Shown: piece by piece, positions 50,410-59,075 of the stretch
How positions within the stretch are numbered: position 1 is the stretch's first letter
Layout: each line of letters begins with the position of its first letter
NCBI GenBank assembly: GCA_001794025.1
Contig: MGJA01000003.1
Span: 76,909-140,908 of the forward strand
Length of the DNA stretch: 64,000 bases
From: Candidatus Yanofskybacteria bacterium RIFCSPHIGHO2_01_FULL_41_21
GTDB lineage: Bacteria; Patescibacteriota; Minisyncoccia; 2-02-FULL-40-12; GWA2-44-9
Reading direction: 5' to 3'
Made by a program: the position numbers and the translations under genes
Notes under the pieces: model-generated
Told to the model about the DNA's origin: nothing
What the model saw: the letters and a program-made list of their open reading frames with translations, nothing else
The model's database searches: none

Positions 50410-52212
50410 CTACAGAGAAAGGATATCAAGTGTCCGACCGTTGTCGATACACTCTCTAACCTTAAGGAACTGATCGTTAGACATGTCACTGAAGTTGAGA
50501 GGTTCGCCCCCGACTTCAAGGACTTTTGTAGCGTCGTCCAGCTCCCGAAGATAATGGTGAAACTTTTCATCCATTACAGGATCCCATTCCACGATATTGG
50601 GATTGGTGGCAACTCGTTGGAACGACAGTCCGAACACGCGTGAAAGCTCGGCGCGGACTTTGTTGTTATTGATGAGGGTTACCCCCGGATACCAGGTCAT
50701 CGTGAACATTCGGGAGTTTACCGCTTCAGGTTTGGTTCCGAATTGCGAGTAGTACTCCATTTGCCATTGAATGAAGCGGACACTTTCTTGTACGTCTTTA
50801 ATCTTTTCAGTGGGTGAGCCGACAATCCAAGTACAATTGCCGTGGATACCGACCCGGGCTGCTTCTTGGATACCGACAATCATGGATGTAGGGAAGGAAT
50901 GCTTTCTCCCGCCGACCATAACCTCGGTGAAACCGTTGGTTAACGTGTGGCCACCTTTGCCGATGGCTTCCAGTACTTTTGCGCTGGCACTTTCGGGACC
51001 GAAGCCGATATATTTGCATCCGGCCTTGGCCATTATTTCGGCGGTGCCTTTCGTGGTTGCATTGAGACCGGCGACTTCATCAAGCCGAGTGTGGGTACCC
51101 CAGGCGACCAGGTTATTCAGATCCTTAATTCGACTAAGGGTAACCGCAAAATTGTCGTCGGGAAATCCATGAAACTTAATGTCGTAGCGTTCAATATGTT
51201 CCATGAGCTCTCGCATGATATGTCCCGCTGAACGGACACCCCAATTGCGTTCGCCTTGGGTCTTACGAAAGCAGTACTTACAACCGAACGGACAACCACG
51301 ACTGGATACCGACGTGGTTTTGGGAACCACATCTTTATCCTGCCAAGGTGCCGCAGATGAATTATTGGCGTTTGCACTCCAGGCCGGTACTTGCAGGTAC
51401 CAATCAAGGAGAGGATTGCCGTCAACATCCTCACGTAGAAGCTCGAGGTCGACGAAGGGGAGAGCGTCCAAATCTTTTGGTCGATCTCCCGCATATACGA
51501 AGCGATGTCGATCCCAAACTTTACCAATGTAGTAAGGTTCCAACTTGTCACTTGCAACAGCACTTCTCCATCCCTGTTGTTTGATGATTTTCGCATCGTG
51601 CACGATTTTGACAATGATATCGTCTCCTTCGGAATGAGCGGCCGCGTCAAGCTCGGGGATATAAAAAAACATACCCATTTTGAGCTCAGTCGCAAGACCG
51701 CCACCGGAGACAATGAACACATCGGGCAGAATGTTGCGGACCATCTTAACAACTTCTTCCTGCCACCTAAGCGTTGTGATTTTACCCGACAATGCGACGA
51801 GTTCAGGTTCGCCATGCCGAGCGATGTGACGTCGGATAAGTCCGAACGTTTCCTCTCCAGAAAGATGACGACCATGAACGAGACCTCGTTTTTTGGCGGT
51901 CTCATCTTTGATGCGATATGCATTCAGGTCAATAATCGTCGCATTGACACCGAATTCTTTACGAAGGCGGGTGACCAGAAGGAGTGGTCCTTCCGGTGTA
52001 GTGTTCGGGCGAGCTGATTCACGCAAGGGCATGTTGATGAACAAGACCTTAGCATCGGCAATTTCTCGGCGGGTGATGTTGGCGATGATATCTGCGGGGT
52101 GCGTGTGAGCACTGACCACAGGTACGAAAGGAGCGACAGGTAGAAGGGTTGTGCTCACAGTAACCTCACTTTCTTTGAGTTTTAAAGGGACTATTCCCGA
52201 AGCAATTATCAT
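50410..52212 (-). CDS. B12-binding (cobalamin-dependent, class B-like) radical SAM enzyme, putative sugar C-/unusual methyltransferase
   Basis: SRGCPFGCKYCF CxxxCxxC ~300 aa from the N-terminus, preceded by a B12-binding-like domain. Gene is visibly GC-richer than all neighbours. Confidence 0.7.
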   Translation of the reverse strand: MIIASGIVPLKLKESEVTVSTTLLPVAPFVPVVSAHTHPADIIANITRREIADAKVLFINMPLRESARPNTTPEGPLLLVTRLRKEFGVNATIIDLNAYRIKDETAKKRGLVHGRHLSGEETFGLIRRHIARHGEPELVALSGKITTLRWQEEVVKMVRNILPDVFIVSGGGLATELKMGMFFYIPELDAAAHSEGDDIIVKIVHDAKIIKQQGWRSAVASDKLEPYYIGKVWDRHRFVYAGDRPKDLDALPFVDLELLREDVDGNPLLDWYLQVPAWSANANNSSAAPWQDKDVVPKTTSVSSRGCPFGCKYCFRKTQGERNWGVRSAGHIMRELMEHIERYDIKFHGFPDDNFAVTLSRIKDLNNLVAWGTHTRLDEVAGLNATTKGTAEIMAKAGCKYIGFGPESASAKVLEAIGKGGHTLTNGFTEVMVGGRKHSFPTSMIVGIQEAARVGIHGNCTWIVGSPTEKIKDVQESVRFIQWQMEYYSQFGTKPEAVNSRMFTMTWYPGVTLINNNKVRAELSRVFGLSFQRVATNPNIVEWDPVMDEKFHHYLRELDDATKVLEVGGEPLNFSDMSNDQFLKVRECIDNGRTLDILSL

Positions 52213-52313
52213 ACCAGAAAATTAATTAAAATCAAGTTATTTCTTGACGTAATCAATTTTTTATATTACTTTATTACACGAATGTCCCTTGAAAACTTAT
52301 AAGGAGAATGTTG

Positions 52314-53030
52314 ATGTCTAAGCATAGAATCGTGACCATCATCCCCGCCCGGGGCGGAAGCAAAGGAGTGCCAAGAAAAAACATCAAGCTTTTGAACGGT
52401 AAACCCTTAATTGCTTATACCATTGAGGCCTCCCTAAAATCAGGCGTTATTGATAGAGTCATTGTTTCAACGGAAGACAAAGAAATAGCCGAAGTCGCAA
52501 AACAATATGGCGCTGAAGTCATTGTGAGACCTTCTGAGCTCGCTCAGGATCACTCATTGACCGACCCAGTCATGTTGCATGCGTTGGAAGAGTTAGAGAA
52601 ATCAGGGTACTATCCCGATTTAATTTCTCTGATTCAACCGACGTCACCGCTCTTGAACGCAGAATCGATTAAGATTGCGGTTGAAGCGGTTATCCAAAGG
52701 AATTTTGATTCATGTTTTACCGCTTTTTTGCCGGGAGGGTATGAGTTCAAATGGAGACATGTTGAAAAAGGAATTTTTGAACGTGCGGATTATCCATTGG
52801 AAAAAACTCCTCGCCGTCAGGATTTGCCAAAAATCTACCATGAAAATGGTGCATTCTACATAACTCGGACCGACCTTTTCAAGAGAACGGTAAATCGCCT
52901 TGGGGGAAGCAACGCTCGAATCTCTCTGGTTGAGATGAACCTAGAGGATTCTCTTCAGATTGATACTGTCTACGACTTCTGGCTTATTGACCAGATTTTA
53001 AGGAAAAGAGAGGAAGAAAACAGTGACTAA
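52314..53030 (+). CDS. Acylneuraminate cytidylyltransferase, second paralog
   Basis: N-terminal 68 aa and ~200 nt nearly identical to 49637-49840, remainder ~50% identical. SD aaggag 7 nt upstream of ATG 52314. Confidence 0.8.
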   Translation: MSKHRIVTIIPARGGSKGVPRKNIKLLNGKPLIAYTIEASLKSGVIDRVIVSTEDKEIAEVAKQYGAEVIVRPSELAQDHSLTDPVMLHALEELEKSGYYPDLISLIQPTSPLLNAESIKIAVEAVIQRNFDSCFTAFLPGGYEFKWRHVEKGIFERADYPLEKTPRRQDLPKIYHENGAFYITRTDLFKRTVNRLGGSNARISLVEMNLEDSLQIDTVYDFWLIDQILRKREEENSD

Positions 53031-54213
53031 AAAAGTAGAAGATATGCCCGGTACTCCGCCTCATCAGAAAAAAGCATTTTCTTGTAAGAGATACAGAGAA
53101 AATATCACCCCAGTTTCAATCCGAAAGCTTATTGTTTTGGTGGAATTGGAGAAACAAAATAGACGGTCTCCGTATTCAGAAAAGGTCCTGGCCGGTGTAA
53201 TTGATTTTCTTCTGAATACCGATTTTCATAATCTTGAAGGTCGGGGAATGAAGAAATCTTTTGCCAGGACCGAGCTTGAAACAGCCGTTTCTTACCTGGA
53301 TGAAAATCTTACTATCCAGTACCTGGTCTATCGGTACAAGTTTGCCGTCTATTCGGTAAATAGGATTGTGAATGATTTTCCTATTGTCTTGGCCATTGAA
53401 CCGACCAGTTTGTGTAATCTCAAATGTACGATGTGCTTTCAAGCGGATAGGTCGTTTTTCACATCCAAACCTCTGATGGGGTTTATGGATATGGATTTGT
53501 ACCGTCGTATAATTGATGAGGCCAATGAACATCAGTTGTGTTCTATTGTTTTGGCGAGTAGAGGTGAGCCCATGCTTCACAAAAACCTCGCCGAGATGAT
53601 TAGGTATGCAAACCGAAAAAGAATCATTGATGTCAAACTCAATACCAACGCGACTCGTCTTACGGAAGAAAAAAGTAGGGAGTTGCTTGAAGCAGAACCA
53701 AAGACCCTCGTTTTTTCCGTAGATGCTGGCAACAAGGAAGAGTTTGAAGCCATTCGGGTTGGAGCTGATTTTGATAAGGTTGTTCAGAACATCACCAGAT
53801 TCAATGATATTCGGGCGAAAGAATTTTCTCACTCTCAAACGAGAACCAGGATCTCAATGACCGTTTTTCGCGCCACTCAAGATGTCAAAGAAGCCGAAAA
53901 TTGCTGGTCTGGGTTGGTGGATGAATTTGCGGTTAATCCTTCCGACTATCGGTTGGATATTTACGAGCATCCGCCCCTGCCGGACGAAACTAAGGCCTGC
54001 AGTTTGTTGTGGGAACGACTCTATATCTGGTGGGACGGGAAAGTAAATCCTTGCGATATTGACTACAAGTCATGTCTGCACTTGGGTACTGTTGACGAGA
54101 ATACATCAGTGCAGTCCATTTGGCTCGGCGAGAAAATGCAATCCTTGCGGAAGAGCCATAGTGAAGGACGCAAGAATGACAATTACCCGTGTAGCCAGTG
54201 CTACGGATCCTAG
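53023..54213 (+). CDS. Radical SAM enzyme with C-terminal SPASM/twitch Cys cluster
   Basis: CNLKCTMCF plus C-terminal CDIDYKSC ... YPCSQC. Confidence 0.7.
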   Translation: MTKKVEDMPGTPPHQKKAFSCKRYRENITPVSIRKLIVLVELEKQNRRSPYSEKVLAGVIDFLLNTDFHNLEGRGMKKSFARTELETAVSYLDENLTIQYLVYRYKFAVYSVNRIVNDFPIVLAIEPTSLCNLKCTMCFQADRSFFTSKPLMGFMDMDLYRRIIDEANEHQLCSIVLASRGEPMLHKNLAEMIRYANRKRIIDVKLNTNATRLTEEKSRELLEAEPKTLVFSVDAGNKEEFEAIRVGADFDKVVQNITRFNDIRAKEFSHSQTRTRISMTVFRATQDVKEAENCWSGLVDEFAVNPSDYRLDIYEHPPLPDETKACSLLWERLYIWWDGKVNPCDIDYKSCLHLGTVDENTSVQSIWLGEKMQSLRKSHSEGRKNDNYPCSQCYGS

Positions 54214-54222
54214 GGGGTTATT

Positions 54223-55239
54223 GTGAGTAAACATTATCACGGAGTATTGTGGATAGGATTTGGGAGTTTCGCTAAACGACTCCTGCCTTATGTAGAGGAA
54301 TATCCCGGTGTCAGGATAAAAACGTATTTTCATCCCGACCGGGAAGAAGCGATAAAAAGGTTCGGCTCTAAGGCCAGCTGGGATATCGATGAGGCGATGG
54401 CCGATCCGGAGATTACTACGGTGTTTATCACGACACCAAACGATCTTCATTCCGAGTTTATCAAGTCCGCTCTTCTGGCCCGGAAACATGTGTTTGTGGA
54501 AAAACCGATAACCGCTTTCTACAGAGAAGCTGTTCAACTTTTGCCCACTATTCGTGCCAGTAAGTCGGTTTTGGCCGTGGGTCATCACATGAGACGCGAA
54601 GCCACTATCAGAAAAGCAAAGGATATTATTTCCGAGGGTGGTATCGGAAGAATTGTCAGCGTATATGCCAATCATTCTACTGGGTTCGCCTTTAATATGG
54701 ATAAGACCAACTGGCGGTTTTTCTCTTCCCGACATCGGGAAGGGCCGTTATTGACGGTTGGCGTCCATCTTGTGGAAGTATTGCATTACCTTTTGGGTCT
54801 GGTGGACTCTGTGTCGGCCGTGATAAAAAATCGTTCACTTCGGACGGATGCTCCGGATTCTAACGCGGTATTGTTGAGTTTCAAGGGTGGCGCTTCTGCT
54901 TTCCTTGAATCCAACTACAGCGTGTTATCCGAAAGCATGTTCCATATTCACGGTACGGAAGGTACGATTTATATAGATCGGGGGCAGTTACGGTTGCGTG
55001 TGGGACGCGATGTGGATAGGATTCCCACTGTTCCCTGTCTGATTCCATTGAACCCAGTCAATCCGTTTAAGGAAGAGATTGACGAATTTTTTGATGTAAT
55101 TGAAGCGAAAAAATCCACACCAGAAACCGGCTATCAAGAAGCCGTAAACGCTTTAGCGGTAATCGAGGCCTGTTACCGAAGTTCTTTGAAAGAAAAGATT
55201 GTAAGTATGAAATCTTTTCGAGGGTACTATTCCAAATGA
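54223..55239 (+). CDS. Gfo/Idh/MocA-family oxidoreductase
   Basis: GTG start preceded by AGGGGG SD; VFVEKPIT, Rossmann N-terminus. Confidence 0.7.
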   Translation: MSKHYHGVLWIGFGSFAKRLLPYVEEYPGVRIKTYFHPDREEAIKRFGSKASWDIDEAMADPEITTVFITTPNDLHSEFIKSALLARKHVFVEKPITAFYREAVQLLPTIRASKSVLAVGHHMRREATIRKAKDIISEGGIGRIVSVYANHSTGFAFNMDKTNWRFFSSRHREGPLLTVGVHLVEVLHYLLGLVDSVSAVIKNRSLRTDAPDSNAVLLSFKGGASAFLESNYSVLSESMFHIHGTEGTIYIDRGQLRLRVGRDVDRIPTVPCLIPLNPVNPFKEEIDEFFDVIEAKKSTPETGYQEAVNALAVIEACYRSSLKEKIVSMKSFRGYYSK

Positions 55240-55304
55240 CCAACCGTCGGTTACACCGATGGTTGGTCATTTATTTATTTTATAGCATGGATACCCCAAC
55301 AACC

Positions 55305-56588
55305 TTAGGTTCTATGTTTTCTAATCTCGGTCTCCAATAAATAGAAATTGTGAATTATGTTAACGATATAAACTATTAATATAGAAGCAATCACTCCCCA
55401 TATTCCATATAATCTGCCGAGAACTATATAGAGAGTTATTTTAATAATACTGGCACCTAAACTACTGTAATATAAAGGACGAACCATTTTATGGGCGCTA
55501 AAAATTCCGCTTATGTAATTGGCTGGAAGAGCAAATATCAGTGTAAGAGAAAAAACCTGTGAAAAGGTTATGGCATCCAAATATTTAGGCAGGAAAATTT
55601 TATAAAAAATCGGGGACAAGAGAATGTATGTGGCACTCATTAATGTTCCGATTAACATTCCTTGAAATACTCTCTTGTAAAAACTTTTATGGATATCCTC
55701 AAATGTTTTTTCAGCCAGTTTTGGCATTATCATAACGCCTAAATTTTTTACATATCCCCGTATCCTTTCCGGAATTGCCAGAGCCAAACCATATACCGCC
55801 AACTCAATAGCCCCCAGATAATGGAAAATTACAAGCTTATCAACGTATTGGGCTATACCGGATAAGACGTGCATGAAACTTAGGTGTCCAGTGTAGGTAA
55901 GGAGTTCTGTTTTTTGTTTTTCTTCTAGAATGATTTCGGACTTATGTAATTTAAGGGTTCTAAAATAAAAAAACAAAGTTGGACCAAGAATTGAAAGCGC
56001 ATAGGTTATAACTAAAGTAAATATATCATTCGTAAGTAGTGCCACTGTTATCAAAGATATTATTTGAATGGAGGAAGAAATGGTTCCATAGATTGAGCCT
56101 CTTTTGAAGTCCTTTTTTCCGGTCAAAAAAGCGCCGTAAGTATTAAAAGTGGTAGCCAGAGGAAAGGTAATTCCTAAAACAAATAAACATTTAGCTAATA
56201 GATTATTGCTGTTAAGAAAATAGTAGACGGATAATCCGGTTAAGACCGCTGAGAATATGAAGTTCCATTTAAGTTGAATTTTGACCGCATAGGAGAGTAT
56301 AGACGAAGAACCAGATTTTGCGGTGGCTTGGGCAACGGCATCATTCATGCCCGTAAGAGTAAGAAAAGAAAATGCGCCAGCTAAAGATAAAATGTATTTA
56401 TACGTGCCGTATGTTTCTTTCGGTAAAAAATTAGCAAAAACAATGACTTGAACCAAGCCAAGGATAGAACTTAAAAAAAATGCTGCCGTCAACCAAAAGC
56501 CACCCCGGGCAAGATAGAGAGTGTCAACATGCAGGTATTCTTGCAATTTAATAAGTGAGTTTTTGATTTTTTGTTTGACAGAAAACAT
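55305..56588 (-). CDS. Wzx-type polysaccharide flippase (MOP superfamily)
   Basis: 12+ TM helices; N-terminal polysaccharide-biosynthesis-protein pattern. Confidence 0.6.
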   Translation of the reverse strand: MFSVKQKIKNSLIKLQEYLHVDTLYLARGGFWLTAAFFLSSILGLVQVIVFANFLPKETYGTYKYILSLAGAFSFLTLTGMNDAVAQATAKSGSSSILSYAVKIQLKWNFIFSAVLTGLSVYYFLNSNNLLAKCLFVLGITFPLATTFNTYGAFLTGKKDFKRGSIYGTISSSIQIISLITVALLTNDIFTLVITYALSILGPTLFFYFRTLKLHKSEIILEEKQKTELLTYTGHLSFMHVLSGIAQYVDKLVIFHYLGAIELAVYGLALAIPERIRGYVKNLGVMIMPKLAEKTFEDIHKSFYKRVFQGMLIGTLMSATYILLSPIFYKIFLPKYLDAITFSQVFSLTLIFALPANYISGIFSAHKMVRPLYYSSLGASIIKITLYIVLGRLYGIWGVIASILIVYIVNIIHNFYLLETEIRKHRT

Positions 56589-56692
56589 GTCCCGGAAATA
56601 TTTATATCTCGTAATACATATAGTAACGATTTTTTGTTTTTAAATAAACACCCAGTTTCTTTAATTAAGGATAGTTTACAATATAATATAAA

Positions 56693-56714
56693 TATCAATA
56701 TGTCAATATTGATT
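56693..56714. promoter_or_regulatory. Palindromic candidate operator ATCAATAT-GTCA-ATATTGAT containing TCAATATTGA, in divergent promoter region
   Basis: Perfect 8-bp inverted repeat; same 12-mer tgtcaatattga recurs at 28117-28128 in another divergent promoter region. Confidence 0.4.
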
Positions 56715-56780
56715 TAATCTTTAAAAAGTTTATTATATGGACGGTTCTTTGGCAACGATGTTTCATTAAGGAGAAGATAC

Positions 56781-57647
56781 ATGGCAAAAGTGATGATTGG
56801 GAAGACGTTGGTTGGGTCTACCAAACCATGTTTCGTGGTTGCCGAAATCGGCATTAACCACAACGGCAGTTTGGAAATCGCCAAGAAACTGATTGATATG
56901 GCGGTCGAGGCGGGATGCGATGCCGTCAAGTTTCAGAAGCGGACCATTGACGTGGTCTACACGGCCGCGGAGCTTGCCAAGCCAAGGGAAAGCATTTTCG
57001 GTGAAACAAACGGTGATTTGAAACGCGGTCTTGAATTTGGTCGCAAACAGTACGAAGCGATTGATGCCTATTGTCGGGCAAAAGATATCTTGTGGTTCGC
57101 GTCCTGCTGGGATGAAGACAGCGTCAGTTTCATCCGGCAGTTTGATCCGCCATGCTACAAGATTGCGTCGGCATCGTTAACGGATGATGACTTGCTCGCG
57201 TATACTCGTGATCAAGGTAAGCCCATTATCCTTTCCACGGGGATGAGTACTCTTGAAGAGATTTACCACGCTGTCCGTATTTTGGGACGTAGTGAACTCG
57301 TGATTCTCCATGCGGTATCAACCTACCCATCGGAGGACAGAGACACAAATCTCAAAGTCATGGGCACGTTGCGTAAGAATTTCCCCGGAGTGCCTATCGG
57401 ATACAGTGGTCACGAGAAAGGAATTTCTCTGACCCTTGCAGCCGTGGTTATGGGAGCATGCATGGTTGAACGCCACATCACGTTGGAGAGAATGATGTGG
57501 GGTTCTGATCACTCCGCCAGTTTGGAACCCGAGGGGCTCAAAAAAGTTGTTCGGGACATTCGGAAGTTTGAATTGGCCCGAGGTGATGGGGTCAAGCGAG
57601 TTCTGCCGGCAGAACTTCCGATTAAGAATAAGCTCAGGAGGAAGTAA
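56781..57647 (+). CDS. Nonulosonic acid synthase (NeuB/LegI/PseI family), short form apparently lacking the C-terminal SAF domain
   Basis: KPCFVVAEIGINHNGSLEIAKKLIDMAVEAGCDAVKFQKR; canonical SD AAGGAG 8 nt upstream. Confidence 0.8.
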   Translation: MAKVMIGKTLVGSTKPCFVVAEIGINHNGSLEIAKKLIDMAVEAGCDAVKFQKRTIDVVYTAAELAKPRESIFGETNGDLKRGLEFGRKQYEAIDAYCRAKDILWFASCWDEDSVSFIRQFDPPCYKIASASLTDDDLLAYTRDQGKPIILSTGMSTLEEIYHAVRILGRSELVILHAVSTYPSEDRDTNLKVMGTLRKNFPGVPIGYSGHEKGISLTLAAVVMGACMVERHITLERMMWGSDHSASLEPEGLKKVVRDIRKFELARGDGVKRVLPAELPIKNKLRRK

Positions 57648-57659
57648 CTCTTTGATTTG

Positions 57660-57688
57660 GGCCCCGCGGTGGGGCCCTCTTTTTTTTG
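57660..57688 (+). terminator. Rho-independent terminator (gggcccc-gcggt-ggggccc + T8)
   Basis: 7-bp GC stem followed by TTTTTTTT. Confidence 0.85.
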
Positions 57689-57740
57689 ATTAATTTCCTA
57701 TATTAGATATGATGTATCTAACTATAGTTATACCAAAGTT

Positions 57741-59072
57741 ATGTCCTTACGGCTTTCATTTATAAGAGAACAGGTAATATATTTTCGTCAGCATTGGTTT
57801 GTTAAGAATTTGGCCATCTTACAGGTGGGGAATTTTAGTAATACGTTTATTCAAGGATTAACAGGTATTATTATTGCGCGGTTACTTCAGCCGGAACTAT
57901 TTGGTGTTTATGCTATTTCGTTTAGTTTAGCGGGTTTACTTGTTTTGGTAGTGAGTTTTGGCATCCAAGATACAGGTGCGACTATTGTCAGCGGGACTTA
58001 TGCTCACGAAGAACATAAAGGGACCAGAGAGGCCTTTATGTTTCTGGGCCGAATGGTGTCTCTTATTGCTGTTCTTTCAATCATTGTCACGCTTATCGCT
58101 CCGTCGTTAGCCGGAAAAATTTATCACAATCCATTGATTGGTTGGTATGCCGGTATTTTGGTGATGGCGTCATTTATATCCAATACTTTTTTGAATTTTT
58201 CAGCTTTAGCGTATCTGGTGCTAGGAAAGGTAAAGCAAATGACCCTGCTCACTTTTACCGATCAGACATTACGCAACGTTTTATCCGTTTTGTTAATTGT
58301 TGGTGGTCTAGGGATTACCGGTGCCATGAGCGGTCACTTATTTGGAGCGGTCATTATGTTGATTGTTTCAATAATTCTTTGGGAACGTCTTCGTAGAGAA
58401 CATTCAATATTTCCTTCAGTCAGAGAATTTTTTACGCGATCCGCTGGTCTCCAAGTGAGAAAACACATTAGTTTTAGTGCTTGGGTGGCTCTGGACAAGA
58501 ATATTGCCACCCTTTTTAATCTGTTGCCGGTATTAATGGTAGCACTATATGTTTCTGCAACCGATGTGGGTTATTTTAAAATTTCTTTGGCCTATGTAAA
58601 TTTAGTTATTGGTCTGATGGGTCCCATATCCACTCTTTTAAATGTAGAATTACCGCGAATGCGCGAAGAGAATCCTGAGACCCTACGGAAAAATTTTATC
58701 CGTGTCTCCTTGTATTCATTAATGTTTTCGGTATTACTAACAGTCGGAGCTTTAATTGTATCGCCTTTTGCTCTTCGGATTTTATATGGTGTTAATTTTG
58801 TCCCGGGGGTTAAATATATTCTAGGGTTAGGAGTTTATGGGGCATTTTTGGGTATTGGAGTTGGTCTTGGTTCAATGTGGCGGGCAATTAATAAAGTGAA
58901 AATTTCCATACTTATTAACACAATAACACTGGGTATAGGTATACCTGGAGGACTCTTTTTGATTAAACACTTTGGTGTGTGGGGGGCGGTGATTATGGTA
59001 AGTGTCTGGTTTACGGTTTCCCATTTTGTCTCCTTCTTTTATATTTTAAGATATACGCGCCTTGTGAAATAA
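57741..59072 (+). CDS. Polysaccharide biosynthesis protein / Wzx-type flippase (MOP superfamily), second
   Basis: Polytopic, 12-14 TM segments. Confidence 0.55.
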   Translation: MSLRLSFIREQVIYFRQHWFVKNLAILQVGNFSNTFIQGLTGIIIARLLQPELFGVYAISFSLAGLLVLVVSFGIQDTGATIVSGTYAHEEHKGTREAFMFLGRMVSLIAVLSIIVTLIAPSLAGKIYHNPLIGWYAGILVMASFISNTFLNFSALAYLVLGKVKQMTLLTFTDQTLRNVLSVLLIVGGLGITGAMSGHLFGAVIMLIVSIILWERLRREHSIFPSVREFFTRSAGLQVRKHISFSAWVALDKNIATLFNLLPVLMVALYVSATDVGYFKISLAYVNLVIGLMGPISTLLNVELPRMREENPETLRKNFIRVSLYSLMFSVLLTVGALIVSPFALRILYGVNFVPGVKYILGLGVYGAFLGIGVGLGSMWRAINKVKISILINTITLGIGIPGGLFLIKHFGVWGAVIMVSVWFTVSHFVSFFYILRYTRLVK

Positions 59073-59075
59073 TGT

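Noticed and set aside
50380-52112. Several 60-270-aa + strand ORFs (50380-50643, 50771-51172, 50947-51231, 51203-51532, 51348-51584, 51505-52017, 51893-52108) and further - strand ORFs in alternative frames (50807-51019, 51117-51923, 51924-52112) inside the GC-rich radical SAM gene
   Set aside because: GC-rich DNA produces long spurious ORFs in the other frames and on the antisense strand. Only the 600-aa - strand frame 50410-52212 carries recognisable domains (B12-binding region, CxxxCxxC).
52244-52275. Sigma-70-like promoter TTGACG ... TATATT upstream of the second cytidylyltransferase gene
   Set aside because: The -35-like hexamer is present, but no -10 hexamer falls at a 16-18 nt spacing. 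It was left unannotated as too weak to support.
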